A stretch of 64,000 nt of DNA, taken from NCBI GenBank assembly GCA_963750165.1, contig CAVVPN010000011.1, positions 160,001 to 224,000 on the forward strand. The letters run 5' to 3'. A model generated the notes under the pieces. That model worked only from the letters and a program-made list of their open reading frames with translations. It searched no databases and was not told the origin of the DNA. The translations under genes and the position numbers were made by a program. Below are positions 20,746 to 33,280 of this stretch, piece after piece; position 1 is the first letter of the stretch, and each line of letters opens with the position of its first letter. Origin of the DNA: an uncultured Gemmataceae bacterium (GTDB lineage: Bacteria > Planctomycetota > Planctomycetia > Gemmatales > Gemmataceae).

Positions 20746-22251
20746 ATGGCGATTCACACGCACTGCACCTGCGGCCAGGAAATCTGGGCCCACGACGATT
20801 TTGCCGGCCAACTCGTCCACTGTCCCAGGTGCAAACAGGTGCTCGCGCTCCCCGATCTGTCCAGTGCGGCCGAGCCAGTCCTGGAAGAGGAGGAGTCGTC
20901 CGAGCCCTTCCGGCAGTGTGAGGCGTCGGAGCCCATCCTGGGAGACGTGATGACCATCTCGGTCCAGGATGACGGGGCGGCCGAGCCCATCCTGGAGGAC
21001 GAACCGGCTGAACCGATCCTGGAAGACAAGCAGGCCCCGTTCGCCTTCCACGGCGAGGACGCGATGTTGCCGGCGGAACGGATCGGCCTCAATGACGGCC
21101 TCCGCCGCGGCCGGCTGCGCAACGCCCTCGGCTTCGGGGCGGCGTGCGGGCCTGTCCGCAGCCTGGCGCTGGCGCCGGACTGCCGCTTCGCCCTGGCAGC
21201 CGTCGGCCCACTGCTGTTCCAGGCCGACCTGACCACCGGCCGGCACTACTTCCAGCTGCCGGCTCACCAGGCCGACATCACCGCCGTGGCCGTGTCACCG
21301 GACGGCCGCCACGCCGCGTCCGCCGACCGCGCCGGCCACATTTTGCTATGGGATCTGGCGACGCGGCGCGGCCTGCGCTGGCTGACGGGCCACACGAACA
21401 AGGTGGCAGCCCTGGCGTTCGCTCCGTCGGCGGCGTTTTTGGCCTCGGTCGGCGCCGATGCCTCGCTGCGCTTCTGGGAGGTCGAGACCGGCAAGGAACT
21501 GGTGCGCGTGTGGGACGACGCGCCCTTCACCAGGTTGGCGTATTCGCGGGACGGCAGCCACCTGTTGACCGGCAGCCGCGGCGGCGAAGTGAGCCTGTGG
21601 GACGTGCGGCGGGCCAAGCTGATCCAGGAGTTGGAGTCTCACTTCGACGAGCCGGTCGTCACCGTTGCCTTCTCGCGCGACGCCGGCCGGGCGATGGCCG
21701 CAGCGCGCCACGGCGGCGGCGTGGCCCTGTGCAGCTGGGAACGGGCCACCGGCCCCAGCAAACTGGCCTACCACCGCTCCATCTTCCTGGACGAGGGCCA
21801 CCGCGGCCTTGCCGGGGTGTACGCGCGGTACGACGCCCCTGGCCGGCCCGACCGATTTCGCGGCACAGTGGACCGCGGCCAGGCCGTGGCGTTCTGGCCG
21901 TGCGGCACGGCCAGCATCGCATCGGGGCAGCAGAACCAGGAGTTCGACCGCTTTCGCATCGCGGTGCGGCGCGGCCAGGCCGTGGCGTTTTCGCCGTGCG
22001 GCACGCACTGCCTGGTGACAGGCGCGCCGCACAAGGAGTTCGACATGCACGCAGACGCCGAGCACTGGACGACGCCGGTTTTTGAAGTGGAATTGAGCCG
22101 CGGGTTGACCGGCCTGAGTTTCTCCTTCCACAGCCGGTTCCGCAAGTTCGTCGGCCCAGTGCCGGTGCCGGCCGCCCACAGCATCATCCTCTCGCACGTC
22201 GGCGACCGCTGCCTGGTCGGTTACGACGACGGCACCGTGGCCTTCGGCTGA
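20746..22251 (+). CDS. Zn-ribbon + WD40 repeat protein, paralog A
   Basis: CTCG...CPRC N-terminus, acidic linker, WD40 repeats. Confidence 0.85.
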   Translation: MAIHTHCTCGQEIWAHDDFAGQLVHCPRCKQVLALPDLSSAAEPVLEEEESSEPFRQCEASEPILGDVMTISVQDDGAAEPILEDEPAEPILEDKQAPFAFHGEDAMLPAERIGLNDGLRRGRLRNALGFGAACGPVRSLALAPDCRFALAAVGPLLFQADLTTGRHYFQLPAHQADITAVAVSPDGRHAASADRAGHILLWDLATRRGLRWLTGHTNKVAALAFAPSAAFLASVGADASLRFWEVETGKELVRVWDDAPFTRLAYSRDGSHLLTGSRGGEVSLWDVRRAKLIQELESHFDEPVVTVAFSRDAGRAMAAARHGGGVALCSWERATGPSKLAYHRSIFLDEGHRGLAGVYARYDAPGRPDRFRGTVDRGQAVAFWPCGTASIASGQQNQEFDRFRIAVRRGQAVAFSPCGTHCLVTGAPHKEFDMHADAEHWTTPVFEVELSRGLTGLSFSFHSRFRKFVGPVPVPAAHSIILSHVGDRCLVGYDDGTVAFG

Positions 22252-22270
22252 TCCCTGGAAAGGAAGTGTC

Positions 22271-23536
22271 ATGCCCATCCTCACCAAATGCTCGTGCGGC
22301 CGGGACACCTGGGTCGGCGACCAGTACGCCGGCAAGCGCGTCCGCTGTCCAGCCTGCAAGGAACCGATGTGGGTGCCCGACCCCAACGCCGCCCTGGAGG
22401 TGGTGGAGGAACTGGAGGAGGTGAAGGCGCCCCGGCCGGTCGCGGACCCGGCGCCGGCGCCGCGGCAGACCACCGCCGGCCAGCTGCGAACCAGCGGCCT
22501 GCTGGACGCCTTCGGCCTGCCGACCGGCGGCTCAGTCAGTCACCTCGAGTTCAGCCGGGATTGCAGTTACGCCCTGGCCTCGGTCGGCCCGCTGCTGCAC
22601 AAGATCGACCTGCGCAACCTGAAAACCTACATCGATCTGCCGGCGCACGAGGAGGCCATCACGGCGCTGGCCACATCGCCGGACGGCCGGCACGCGGCGT
22701 CCGCGGATCGGGCCGGCAACATCCTGCTGTGGGACATGACGGCGGATCGACCGCTGCGCTGGCTGCCGGGCCACGATGGTGCGGTGGGCGGCCTGGCGTT
22801 CGCGCCGTCGGCGGCGTTCCTGGCCTCGGCCGGCGCCGACGCCACGGTGCGCTTCTGGGAGGTCGCCAGCGGCCAGGAACTGGCGCGGCTGCGCGAGGAG
22901 GAGGGCGTTCGCGGTGTCGCCTATTCGCCGGAAGGCGAGCGCGTGCTGACCGGCACCGAGGGGGGCTACGTGAGCCTCTGGGACGTGCGGCGGACCAAAC
23001 GGTTGCAGGACCTGAAGTCGGAGCCGCTCGGTCCCATTTTGAAGGTCGCATTTTCGAGCACCGGCGACCGGGCGCTGGCCGCGGGCCGTGGCGGTTCCGG
23101 GGTCGCGCTGTGCGGCTGGGACCTGTACCGCCGCGACAACAAGGTGCGCTACCGCGACGCGGTGTACCACGGCGGCTTTCGCAAGTTCAACGACATCGCC
23201 TTTTCGCCGTGCGGCACGCGCTGCCTGGCGGTCGGCGACGCGGCGAAGGAGCCAGAGCCCTCGGACCCCCAGGCGTTCCGCTGGACGACGCCGATTTGCG
23301 TGGTCGGCCTGGCCACGGGCGCCACGACGCGCGAATTTTCGGCGCACTGCGTGATCCGCCGGCCCGGCGATGGCTTCGCATATTCGCCGGCAACCATCCA
23401 GGCCGCGGTGGAGGGCTTTCAGGATCTCGTCGGCCGGCCGGTGCCCAGCGGCCGCAGTGTCGCCATCGCGCACGACGGCCTGCGCGGCCTGGTTGGCTAC
23501 AGTGACGGGTCCGTGTCGTACTGGGGACTCGCTTGA
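22271..23536 (+). CDS. Zn-ribbon + WD40 repeat protein, paralog B
   Basis: CSCG...CPAC; WD40 repeats closely similar to paralog A (SPDGRHAASADRAG, FAPSAAFLAS). Confidence 0.85.
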   Translation: MPILTKCSCGRDTWVGDQYAGKRVRCPACKEPMWVPDPNAALEVVEELEEVKAPRPVADPAPAPRQTTAGQLRTSGLLDAFGLPTGGSVSHLEFSRDCSYALASVGPLLHKIDLRNLKTYIDLPAHEEAITALATSPDGRHAASADRAGNILLWDMTADRPLRWLPGHDGAVGGLAFAPSAAFLASAGADATVRFWEVASGQELARLREEEGVRGVAYSPEGERVLTGTEGGYVSLWDVRRTKRLQDLKSEPLGPILKVAFSSTGDRALAAGRGGSGVALCGWDLYRRDNKVRYRDAVYHGGFRKFNDIAFSPCGTRCLAVGDAAKEPEPSDPQAFRWTTPICVVGLATGATTREFSAHCVIRRPGDGFAYSPATIQAAVEGFQDLVGRPVPSGRSVAIAHDGLRGLVGYSDGSVSYWGLA

Positions 23537-23625
23537 ATTGCAGATTTAAGATTGCAGATTGCAAATTGAAAGACAGCCACCGTTGTGGTCCGGAGATTGG
23601 GCCACGGACCACGGACCACGAACAA

Positions 23626-24639
23626 ATGACGAACCTTGCCATCCTGGGCGGCTCCGGTTACACCGCCGTCGAACTCATCAAAATCCTGTTGCGGCACCCA
23701 CACGCCCGCATTGTCGCCGTGACCTCGCGGCAGGAGGGCACGCCGCACCTCGCCGATGTTCACCCCAGTCTCACCGGTCGCCTCGACCTGCGTCTGGAGC
23801 CGTTCGACCCGGATCGCCTCGTCGCCCGCGGCGTGCAGTGCGTCTTCGGCTGTCTGCCGCACGGTGTCAGCATGGGCACGCTGCCGGCCGTGCTGCAGCG
23901 CGGCCTGCGCGTCATCGACCTCAGCGCCGACTACCGCCTCGCCGACCCCAACGTTTACGCTCAGTGGTACGGCCACAGTCACGAAGACCTCGCCCACCTC
24001 ACGCAGGCAGTCTACGGCCTGCCGGAGCTATACGGCGACGACATCGCCAGCGCCCAGCTGGTCGCCAACCCCGGCTGCTATCCGCAGACTGCTATCCTGG
24101 GCCTGGCCCCGCTCGTGGCCGGCCGGTACGTCGATCTCAAGGATTTGATCGTCGATAGCAAAAGCGGCGTCTCCGGCGCCGGCCGGACGCCGAAGTTGCC
24201 CTATCACTTCCCAGAGTGCAACGAGAGTGTGGCGGCGTACAGCGTCGGTCAGCACCGCCACACACCGGAGATCGAACAGGCGCTAACCGCCGTGGCCGGC
24301 GAACCGGTGCAGGTGCTGTTCACGCCGCACCTGATCCCGATGGACCGCGGCATCTTCACCACCATCTACGCCACGCCGCGCCGCCCGTTTTCGGAGGAAC
24401 AGCTGCTGGAACTGTACCGAACCTATTACGCCAGGGCTCCGTTTGTGCGCGTGCGCGCCGGCCTGCCGGCGACCAAGGACACCCTCGGCACCAACTTCCT
24501 CGACGTGGCAGTGCGCGTGGTCCAGGGTCGCGTGGTCATCCTGGTTTGTGAGGACAACCTGATCCGCGGTGCCAGCGGCGTGGCGGTGCAGAACTTCAAC
24601 CGCATGTACGGCCATGATGAGCGCACGGCGCTGCTGTAA
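23626..24639 (+). CDS. argC: N-acetyl-gamma-glutamyl-phosphate reductase
   Basis: GGSGYT, VIDLSADYR, ANPGCYP, SGVSGAG, DNLIRGASG. Confidence 0.96.
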   Translation: MTNLAILGGSGYTAVELIKILLRHPHARIVAVTSRQEGTPHLADVHPSLTGRLDLRLEPFDPDRLVARGVQCVFGCLPHGVSMGTLPAVLQRGLRVIDLSADYRLADPNVYAQWYGHSHEDLAHLTQAVYGLPELYGDDIASAQLVANPGCYPQTAILGLAPLVAGRYVDLKDLIVDSKSGVSGAGRTPKLPYHFPECNESVAAYSVGQHRHTPEIEQALTAVAGEPVQVLFTPHLIPMDRGIFTTIYATPRRPFSEEQLLELYRTYYARAPFVRVRAGLPATKDTLGTNFLDVAVRVVQGRVVILVCEDNLIRGASGVAVQNFNRMYGHDERTALL

Positions 24640-24659
24640 TGCAGAAGCGCCTTGGCGAT

Positions 24660-24952
24660 TAGAGTGGTTCCCCGTTGTGTGGACCACGAACGGCAGGCCG
24701 GCGCTGCCAGGCGGCGAATCTCGACGTGTGAAAAAGTTGGCGTTCTTGGCGTTCTTGGCGTCCTTGCTGTGGCAACCGCCGCCAGTGGTCGCGCCGTGCC
24801 ACCCACACGGAGCCAGGGCGCCGATTCTCGACGTGTGAAAAAGTTGGCCCCCTTGGCCTCCTTGGCCCCCTTGCTGTGGCAATGCAGGCCGCTGGTGGTC
24901 AAGCCGTGCCCGCCGCCCCACCCCGTGCGCGAACCGTGCGTGAACCGCTCCA
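24660..24952. repeat. MITE-like element with two ~107-bp internal units
   Basis: Ends TAGAGTGGTTC / GAACCGCTCCA; two copies of TCTCGACGTGTGAAAAAGTTGGC, each followed by 9-bp CTTGGC-containing repeats. Confidence 0.65.
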
Positions 24953-25090
24953 GTGCGGATTGCAGTCGAGTGTAGCGGTCGGGTTCTGAGCCCCGAAGGG
25001 GTGGGAGCCAATAGCCAGTCCCGTCAGGGCCTGGGACCGGGCTTCGAGAAGGCAGTTGGGAGAGAGCGCAGCACTATTGCAGATTGCGAA

Positions 25091-25160
25091 TGGGTGTAGC
25101 GGAAGTCGCCAGACTTCCGAGCAGCACCGGACGGAAGTCTGGCGACTTCCGCTACACCCA
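25091..25160. repeat. GTAG-type REP doublet
   Basis: GTAGCGGAAGTCGCCAGACTTCCG...CGGAAGTCTGGCGACTTCCGCTAC; near-identical copy at 32923-32982. Confidence 0.85.
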
Positions 25161-25292
25161 ACTGCGAATCGCTCTAATACGGCAGTGTTGCGGCTCAGTT
25201 TGGCCTATTTCTCCACCACCCCGACCCCTTACAATGGCGAAGTTGGAGCGCCCGAATCCCTTCAGGCCATCAGCCGACAGGAGTCTCGAACG

Positions 25293-28049
25293 ATGAACCA
25301 TTCCACGACCCGCCGCCGGCCCCAGCCGGTTCGGTCGTTCATTGCCCTGCTCGCCGCCCTTGCCCTGCTGAGCGCCGTCGCCCCCGTCCGCGCCCAGCCC
25401 GCCGCCCCCAAAAAGGTCGCCACCGTCGAGGGCATCACCGAATATCAGCTCGACAACGGCGCCCGCGTCCTGCTCTTCCCCGACCCGTCCTCGTCCACCG
25501 TCACCGTGAACATGACGGTGCTGGTCGGCTCGCGGCACGAGGGCTACGGCGAGAGCGGCATGGCTCACCTGCTCGAACATATGCTCTTCAAGGGCAGCCC
25601 CAAATTCCCTAACCCGTTCAAGACCCTGCAGGCCCGCGGTGCCGACTTCAACGGCACCACCTCCTACGACCGTACCAACTACTACCAGACCATGCCGGCC
25701 AGCGACGCCAACCTCAAGTTCGGCATCGAACTGGAGGCGGATCGGCTGGTGCATTCCTTCGTCAAGCGCGAGGACCTGGTCAGGGAAATGCCCGTGGTGC
25801 GCCAGGAGTTTCAGACCGGCGAGAACAGCCCGGACTACATCCTGACGCAGCGCATGATGGCCGCGGCGTTCGAGTGGCACAACTACGGCAAGGCGGTCAT
25901 CGGCAACCGCAGCGACATCGAGCGCGTGCCTATCGACCGCTTGCAGGCGTTCTACCGCAAGTTCTACCAGCCCGATAACATCGTGCTGACCATCGCCGGC
26001 AAGTTCGACGAGCACAAAGCGCTGGAGTACGTCGGCAAATACCTCGCCCCGATCCCGCGGCCGAAGCGCACGCTGGAGAAGACCTACACCGAGGAGCCCG
26101 AGCAGGACGGCGAACGCACGGTGACGCTGCGCCGCGTCGGCCGGGTGCCGCTGGTCGGCCTGATGTATCACATCCCCGCCGCGGCGCACCCCGACTACGC
26201 CCCGATGCAGGTGCTGGCGTCGGTGCTCGGCTCGTCGCCGTCCGGCCGGCTCTACAAGGCGCTGGTCGAGGGCAAGAAGGCGACCGGCGTCAGCGGCAGC
26301 GCCAGCGGCCTGTTCGAGCCAGGCATCCTCGGCCTGTCCGCGACCGTCGATAAGGGCGTCCCGGCCGAGGAGGTGCGCGACCTCATGATCGAACTGGTGG
26401 AGAACCTGAAACAGCAGCCCGTCACGCAGGCGGAGGTGGACCGCGTTCGCCGCACCTTCCTCGCGGAGCACGAGCGCGCCTGGGCCAGGAGCACGACCAT
26501 CGCCGTGGAGCTGAGCGAGTGGATTGCCGTGGGTGACTGGCGGCTGCTGTTCCTGCACCGCGACCGGGTGATGAAGGTCACGCCGGAGGACGTGATGCGC
26601 GTTGCCGAAGCGTACCTGCTCCAGACCAACCGCACCACCGGCCTGTACCTGCCCAGCCAGGAGGTCGTGTGCACGAAGATTCCGCGGACGCCCTCCATTA
26701 CCGCGCTGGTCAAGGACTACAAGGGCGGCGCCGCCGTCAGCAAGGGCGAGGCGTTCGATCCAACCTTCGAGAACATCGACCGCCGGCTCCAGCGCGCCAC
26801 GCTGCCCGGCGGCGTCAAGGTCGCGCTGTTGCCGAAGAAGACGCGCGGCGAAACGGTCCTCCTCGACCTGACGCTGCGCTTCGGCAACGAAAAGTCGCTG
26901 GCCGGCCAGAGGGTCGCCGCGGAGTTCGTCGGCCCGCTGCTGCTGAGCGGCACCAAAAAATTCACGCAGGAGCAGCTGGCGGATGAGCTGGACCGCCTCA
27001 AGGCGACGCTCGACACCAGCAGCGGCCTGGGCGAGCTGTCCGTCAGCATTGAGGCCAAACGTGAGACACTGCCGCAGGTGCTCGAACTGCTCCGCGAGGT
27101 GCTGCGGGCGCCGACGTTCCCGCAGGACCGCTTCGACATCCTGCAGCGCGGCTACCGGCAGTCGCTGGAAAAATCGCTGAGCGAGCCGGGCTCCCTGGCG
27201 GCCAACGCCCTGGGCCGCAAGTTGAATCCGTATTCGCCCGAGGACATCCGCTATCGGCCGACCATCAAGGAATTGATCGGCCGCGTGGACCAGGTCACGC
27301 GCGAGCAGGTCGTGAAGCTGTATCAGGAGCAGTGCGGCGCCACTGTCGGCGAACTGGTCATCGTCGGCGACTTCGACGAGGCCGCGACGCTGAAGCAGAT
27401 GGGCGAACTCCTGGCCGGCTGGCAGTCGCCGGTGCCCTACGAGCGCATTAGTTCCGGGCCGAACCTGAAGGTGCCCGGCGGCCGCGTGGACATCGTGACG
27501 CCGGACAGGGAGAACGCCGTCTTCCTGGCCGCGCTGCAGTTCAAGTTGACCGACACTTCGCCGGACTATTTGCCGTTGCGGCTGGGCAATTACATCCTCG
27601 GCGGCGGCACCAACTCGCGGCTATTCAACCGCCTGCGCGTCAAGGAGGGCCTGTCCTACGGGGCCAGTTCGTCGGTGAGCGTTTCGTCGTTCCCGAGCGG
27701 CCGTTCCTCGTTCCGCATCAACGCCACCTGTCCGCCGGCCGACATCAACAAGGCGGAATCGGCGGCGCTGGAGGAACTGCACCGCCTCCTCAAGGATGGC
27801 GTGACTCAGAAGGAAGTGGACGAGGCCAGCAAGGGTTACCAGGAGGAGATCAAGGTGGCGCGCGGCGAGGATGCCAACGTGGTCAGCCTGCTCGCGGGAG
27901 CGCTGCACCTGGGCCGACCGCTGAGCCACTACGCCGAGCAGGAGCGGAACCTGGCCCGGGTGACCGCCGAGCAGGTCAACGCGGCCCTGCGGACACACCT
28001 GGACCCGCAGCGACTGGTCATCGTCCGCGCCGGGGACTTCAAGAAGTAA
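25293..28049 (+). CDS. M16 (pitrilysin/insulinase) zinc peptidase, paralog A
   Basis: Signal peptide, GMAHLLEHMLFKG (HxxEH), NGTT, LRVKEGLSYG. Confidence 0.93.
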   Translation: MNHSTTRRRPQPVRSFIALLAALALLSAVAPVRAQPAAPKKVATVEGITEYQLDNGARVLLFPDPSSSTVTVNMTVLVGSRHEGYGESGMAHLLEHMLFKGSPKFPNPFKTLQARGADFNGTTSYDRTNYYQTMPASDANLKFGIELEADRLVHSFVKREDLVREMPVVRQEFQTGENSPDYILTQRMMAAAFEWHNYGKAVIGNRSDIERVPIDRLQAFYRKFYQPDNIVLTIAGKFDEHKALEYVGKYLAPIPRPKRTLEKTYTEEPEQDGERTVTLRRVGRVPLVGLMYHIPAAAHPDYAPMQVLASVLGSSPSGRLYKALVEGKKATGVSGSASGLFEPGILGLSATVDKGVPAEEVRDLMIELVENLKQQPVTQAEVDRVRRTFLAEHERAWARSTTIAVELSEWIAVGDWRLLFLHRDRVMKVTPEDVMRVAEAYLLQTNRTTGLYLPSQEVVCTKIPRTPSITALVKDYKGGAAVSKGEAFDPTFENIDRRLQRATLPGGVKVALLPKKTRGETVLLDLTLRFGNEKSLAGQRVAAEFVGPLLLSGTKKFTQEQLADELDRLKATLDTSSGLGELSVSIEAKRETLPQVLELLREVLRAPTFPQDRFDILQRGYRQSLEKSLSEPGSLAANALGRKLNPYSPEDIRYRPTIKELIGRVDQVTREQVVKLYQEQCGATVGELVIVGDFDEAATLKQMGELLAGWQSPVPYERISSGPNLKVPGGRVDIVTPDRENAVFLAALQFKLTDTSPDYLPLRLGNYILGGGTNSRLFNRLRVKEGLSYGASSSVSVSSFPSGRSSFRINATCPPADINKAESAALEELHRLLKDGVTQKEVDEASKGYQEEIKVARGEDANVVSLLAGALHLGRPLSHYAEQERNLARVTAEQVNAALRTHLDPQRLVIVRAGDFKK

Positions 28050-28050
28050 G

Positions 28051-28208
28051 TTTGTCCGTTGTCCGTTGTCAGTACGTGAGCAAGCGGCCTGCTTTTCGTG
28101 GGACGGCTCTCCAGAGCCGTCTCTGCCGAACGACGGCTCTGGAGAGCCGTCCCACGGTTGCACAGCAGAGTTCTGGTAACGGACCACGGACAACGGACAA
28201 CGGACAAA
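28051..28208. repeat. Heptamer-armed (TGTCCGT)n inverted repeat enclosing a REP doublet
   Basis: TTTGTCCGTTGTCCGTTG ... ACGGACAACGGACAACGGACAAA, with inner GTGGGACGGCTCTCCAGAGCCGTC / GACGGCTCTGGAGAGCCGTCCCAC at 28097-28156. Confidence 0.8.
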
Positions 28209-28276
28209 TAGGCCGCTACAATCTCCACCGTGAGCGCACGGTTGCTCGTCTCGCCATTTCATCAGGAGTCGATTGC

Positions 28277-31045
<2,769 letters not shown>

Positions 31046-31051
31046 CTTTGA

Positions 31052-31135
31052 GAGTCATTAGTCATCAGTCATTAGTCATTAGTTCTGAACGGGGACCCGG
31101 AGAACTAATGACTAATGACTGATGACTAATGACTC
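31052..31135. repeat. Perfect 35-bp inverted repeat built of GTCATTA heptamers
   Basis: GAGTCATTAGTCATCAGTCATTAGTCATTAGTTCT-14 nt-AGAACTAATGACTAATGACTGATGACTAATGACTC. Confidence 0.9.
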
Positions 31136-31152
31136 CCCCGAAGGGGGGTAAG

Positions 31153-31611
31153 ATGGATCCGTACAACGATCCGCTTGGCGGAGCGGTTGAAGGCGGGCGC
31201 GGCACCTCCACGCGACACGCCACGGACTGGGGCCTGGCGGCGCTGCTGCTGGCGCTGGCGCTGATGATGCTGTTCCCCATCTCGCTGGGAGTCCTGGCCG
31301 TCGGTTTTGACCTCATCGCCCGCACTACCCATCCCAACAACATGCGCTGGGTGAACACCGTGGCTGACGTGTCGGTCTACTCGTTCATCGGCCTGTCGGT
31401 CCTGGCGGCGCTGTTCGGCTTGGTCGGACTGATTTCGGGCTTCGCCCGCAACCAGCCGGTCGGCCTGCCGACGGCCGGGCTGCTAGTCAGCATCGTCGCG
31501 CTGATCCTGTGGGTGGTGATGGCCGTGGTGGTCGGGGTAGTCAAGAGCGAAATGCCCAACTACCAGAATAACCGCATGCCCATGCACATGTGGCGCGACT
31601 TTAAGCCCTGA
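31153..31611 (+). CDS. Small membrane protein (about 3 TM helices)
   Basis: Three hydrophobic segments. Confidence 0.7.
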   Translation: MDPYNDPLGGAVEGGRGTSTRHATDWGLAALLLALALMMLFPISLGVLAVGFDLIARTTHPNNMRWVNTVADVSVYSFIGLSVLAALFGLVGLISGFARNQPVGLPTAGLLVSIVALILWVVMAVVVGVVKSEMPNYQNNRMPMHMWRDFKP

Positions 31612-31695
31612 CGCCGCGGCCCGGGAACCTGACGGGGCCGCCCGGTGTCCTGCCTTCGTCGCCCCTCCGACCATCCGCCCAGGGATCGTTTGCTC

Positions 31696-32532
31696 ATGGT
31701 GGACAACGCACCGTACCTGACGCACCAGCACGCCGGTCTGACCATTGAGGGCTACTCGCGCGCCGCCGTGCAGAGCTACTGGCGCATCCCCGAGTTGAAG
31801 ATCGGCTTCGACCTGGGGGCGCAGCCGTGGGACTTCATGGGCACGCCGACGTGGTTCATCACGCACACGCACCTGGACCACGTGGCGGCACTGCCGGTGT
31901 ACGTCGCCCGGCGGCGCATGATGAAGATGGGGCCGCCGACGATCTACCTGCCGGAGCCGGGCCTGGAGGATGTGAAGCGGCTGCTGCTGGTGATGCAGCG
32001 CCTGGACCGCGGCCGCATGGTCTGCGACCTGAACGGCGTTCATGCCGGCCAGGAGATCGAGCTGTCGCGCGAGCACGTGGTGGTGCCGTTCGCCACGACG
32101 CACACGATCCCGTCGCTGGGCTACGTGGTCTTCGAGCGCCGCAACAAGCTGAAGGAGGAGTACCACGGTCTGCGCGGCGACCAGATTCGCGACCTGCGGC
32201 TGTCCGGCGTGGAGGTGACGCGCGAGGTGCGGACGCCACTGCTGGCGTACACCGGCGACACCAGCCCCGCCGGCCTGGACGGCTGTCCCGCGGCGTTCGA
32301 GGCCAAAATCCTCATCACGGAATTGAGCTTCATCCGGCCGAACCACCGCCGCGAGAAGATCCACAAGTTCGGGCACATGCACCTGGATGATTTCGCCGAA
32401 CGCGCGGATCGGTTCAAGAATGAACTCATCATCTGTGGTCACTTCAGCACGCGCTATCACCCAAATGAGGTGCGGCGCATCGAGGAGAAACTACCGCCGC
32501 AGTTGCGCTCGCGGATCAAGTTGTGGATTTGA
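31696..32532 (+). CDS. Metallo-beta-lactamase fold hydrolase, RNase Z-like
   Basis: THTHLDH (HxHxDH), [24 protein letters not shown]. Confidence 0.88.
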   Translation: MVDNAPYLTHQHAGLTIEGYSRAAVQSYWRIPELKIGFDLGAQPWDFMGTPTWFITHTHLDHVAALPVYVARRRMMKMGPPTIYLPEPGLEDVKRLLLVMQRLDRGRMVCDLNGVHAGQEIELSREHVVVPFATTHTIPSLGYVVFERRNKLKEEYHGLRGDQIRDLRLSGVEVTREVRTPLLAYTGDTSPAGLDGCPAAFEAKILITELSFIRPNHRREKIHKFGHMHLDDFAERADRFKNELIICGHFSTRYHPNEVRRIEEKLPPQLRSRIKLWI

Positions 32533-32572
32533 GCTGGCGAACGTGGGGCAGGCTTTCCAGCCTGCTCCACGG

Positions 32573-32778
32573 GAAAAAAGTCGGGCCGGCCCAACCACGA
32601 GGACGCTGCCAACCTCGCAGTCGAAACCGGCCCGGACAGCACCATGACCACATGGGTCAAGGGCGCCTTACCCCAAAGGAGACAGTCGAAAAACAACGAC
32701 TCGCTAGAAGTCCGAAGACTCCTCTACCCCCCGGTATCGAATCGCGATTTTTGGGACCGTCGAGGCCCCCCTGCCATG
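32573..32778 (-). ncRNA. Candidate structured ncRNA (~200 nt)
   Basis: TATAGT -10-like box at 32785-32790, a series of hairpins including C(UUCG)G, and a terminal long stem plus U6. Confidence 0.4.
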
Positions 32779-32922
32779 TGTTCAACTATACGATGCGCCC
32801 TGCGCGAAAATATTGTGAGGAATTATCATCTTTCCAACCTTCTGATCGCAAACCATTGCTACCATTGCACTAGCGACGCTGGAAAACCGCCGCACACCGC
32901 GCAAGCGGATGCGGCGGTTTTC

Positions 32923-32982
32923 GTAGCGGAAGTCGCCAGACTTCCGAGCAGCGCCGGACGGAAGTCTGGCGACTTCCGCTAC
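32923..32982. repeat. GTAG-type REP doublet, copy 2
   Basis: Same sequence as 25096-25155; preceded by the hairpin GAAAACCGCCGCA...TGCGGCGGTTTTC. Confidence 0.85.
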
Positions 32983-33280
32983 CCAACCCGAGAACCGCTC
33001 CAGTGCTCCGTGGCAGGTTGCAACGGTCCTGGCAAAATTTACCGCGGGCGCCACCGGCAATTCTTACAAGCGTTCCGCGGCGTGTACGGCGTCCCGGACT
33101 GACCGGCTCTTCGCGAAAGTTGCTCCCAGGCCGCACGTTAGCACCGCGACGTGGCGAAAAGCGCTCGGCGTTTCTGGCTTGGCTCACGTTTTGCTGTAGA
33201 CTTGCGTCAGACATCTCAACGCCGCCGTCCCGGCTGCTCATCGGATGCCAATCTTTCGACGCATCTTCCAGGAGGCTATC

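Noticed and set aside
24718..24880. CRISPR array (two 23-bp direct repeats about 107 bp apart)
   Set aside because: Only two units; the intervening sequences are homologous and too long for spacers; no cas genes.
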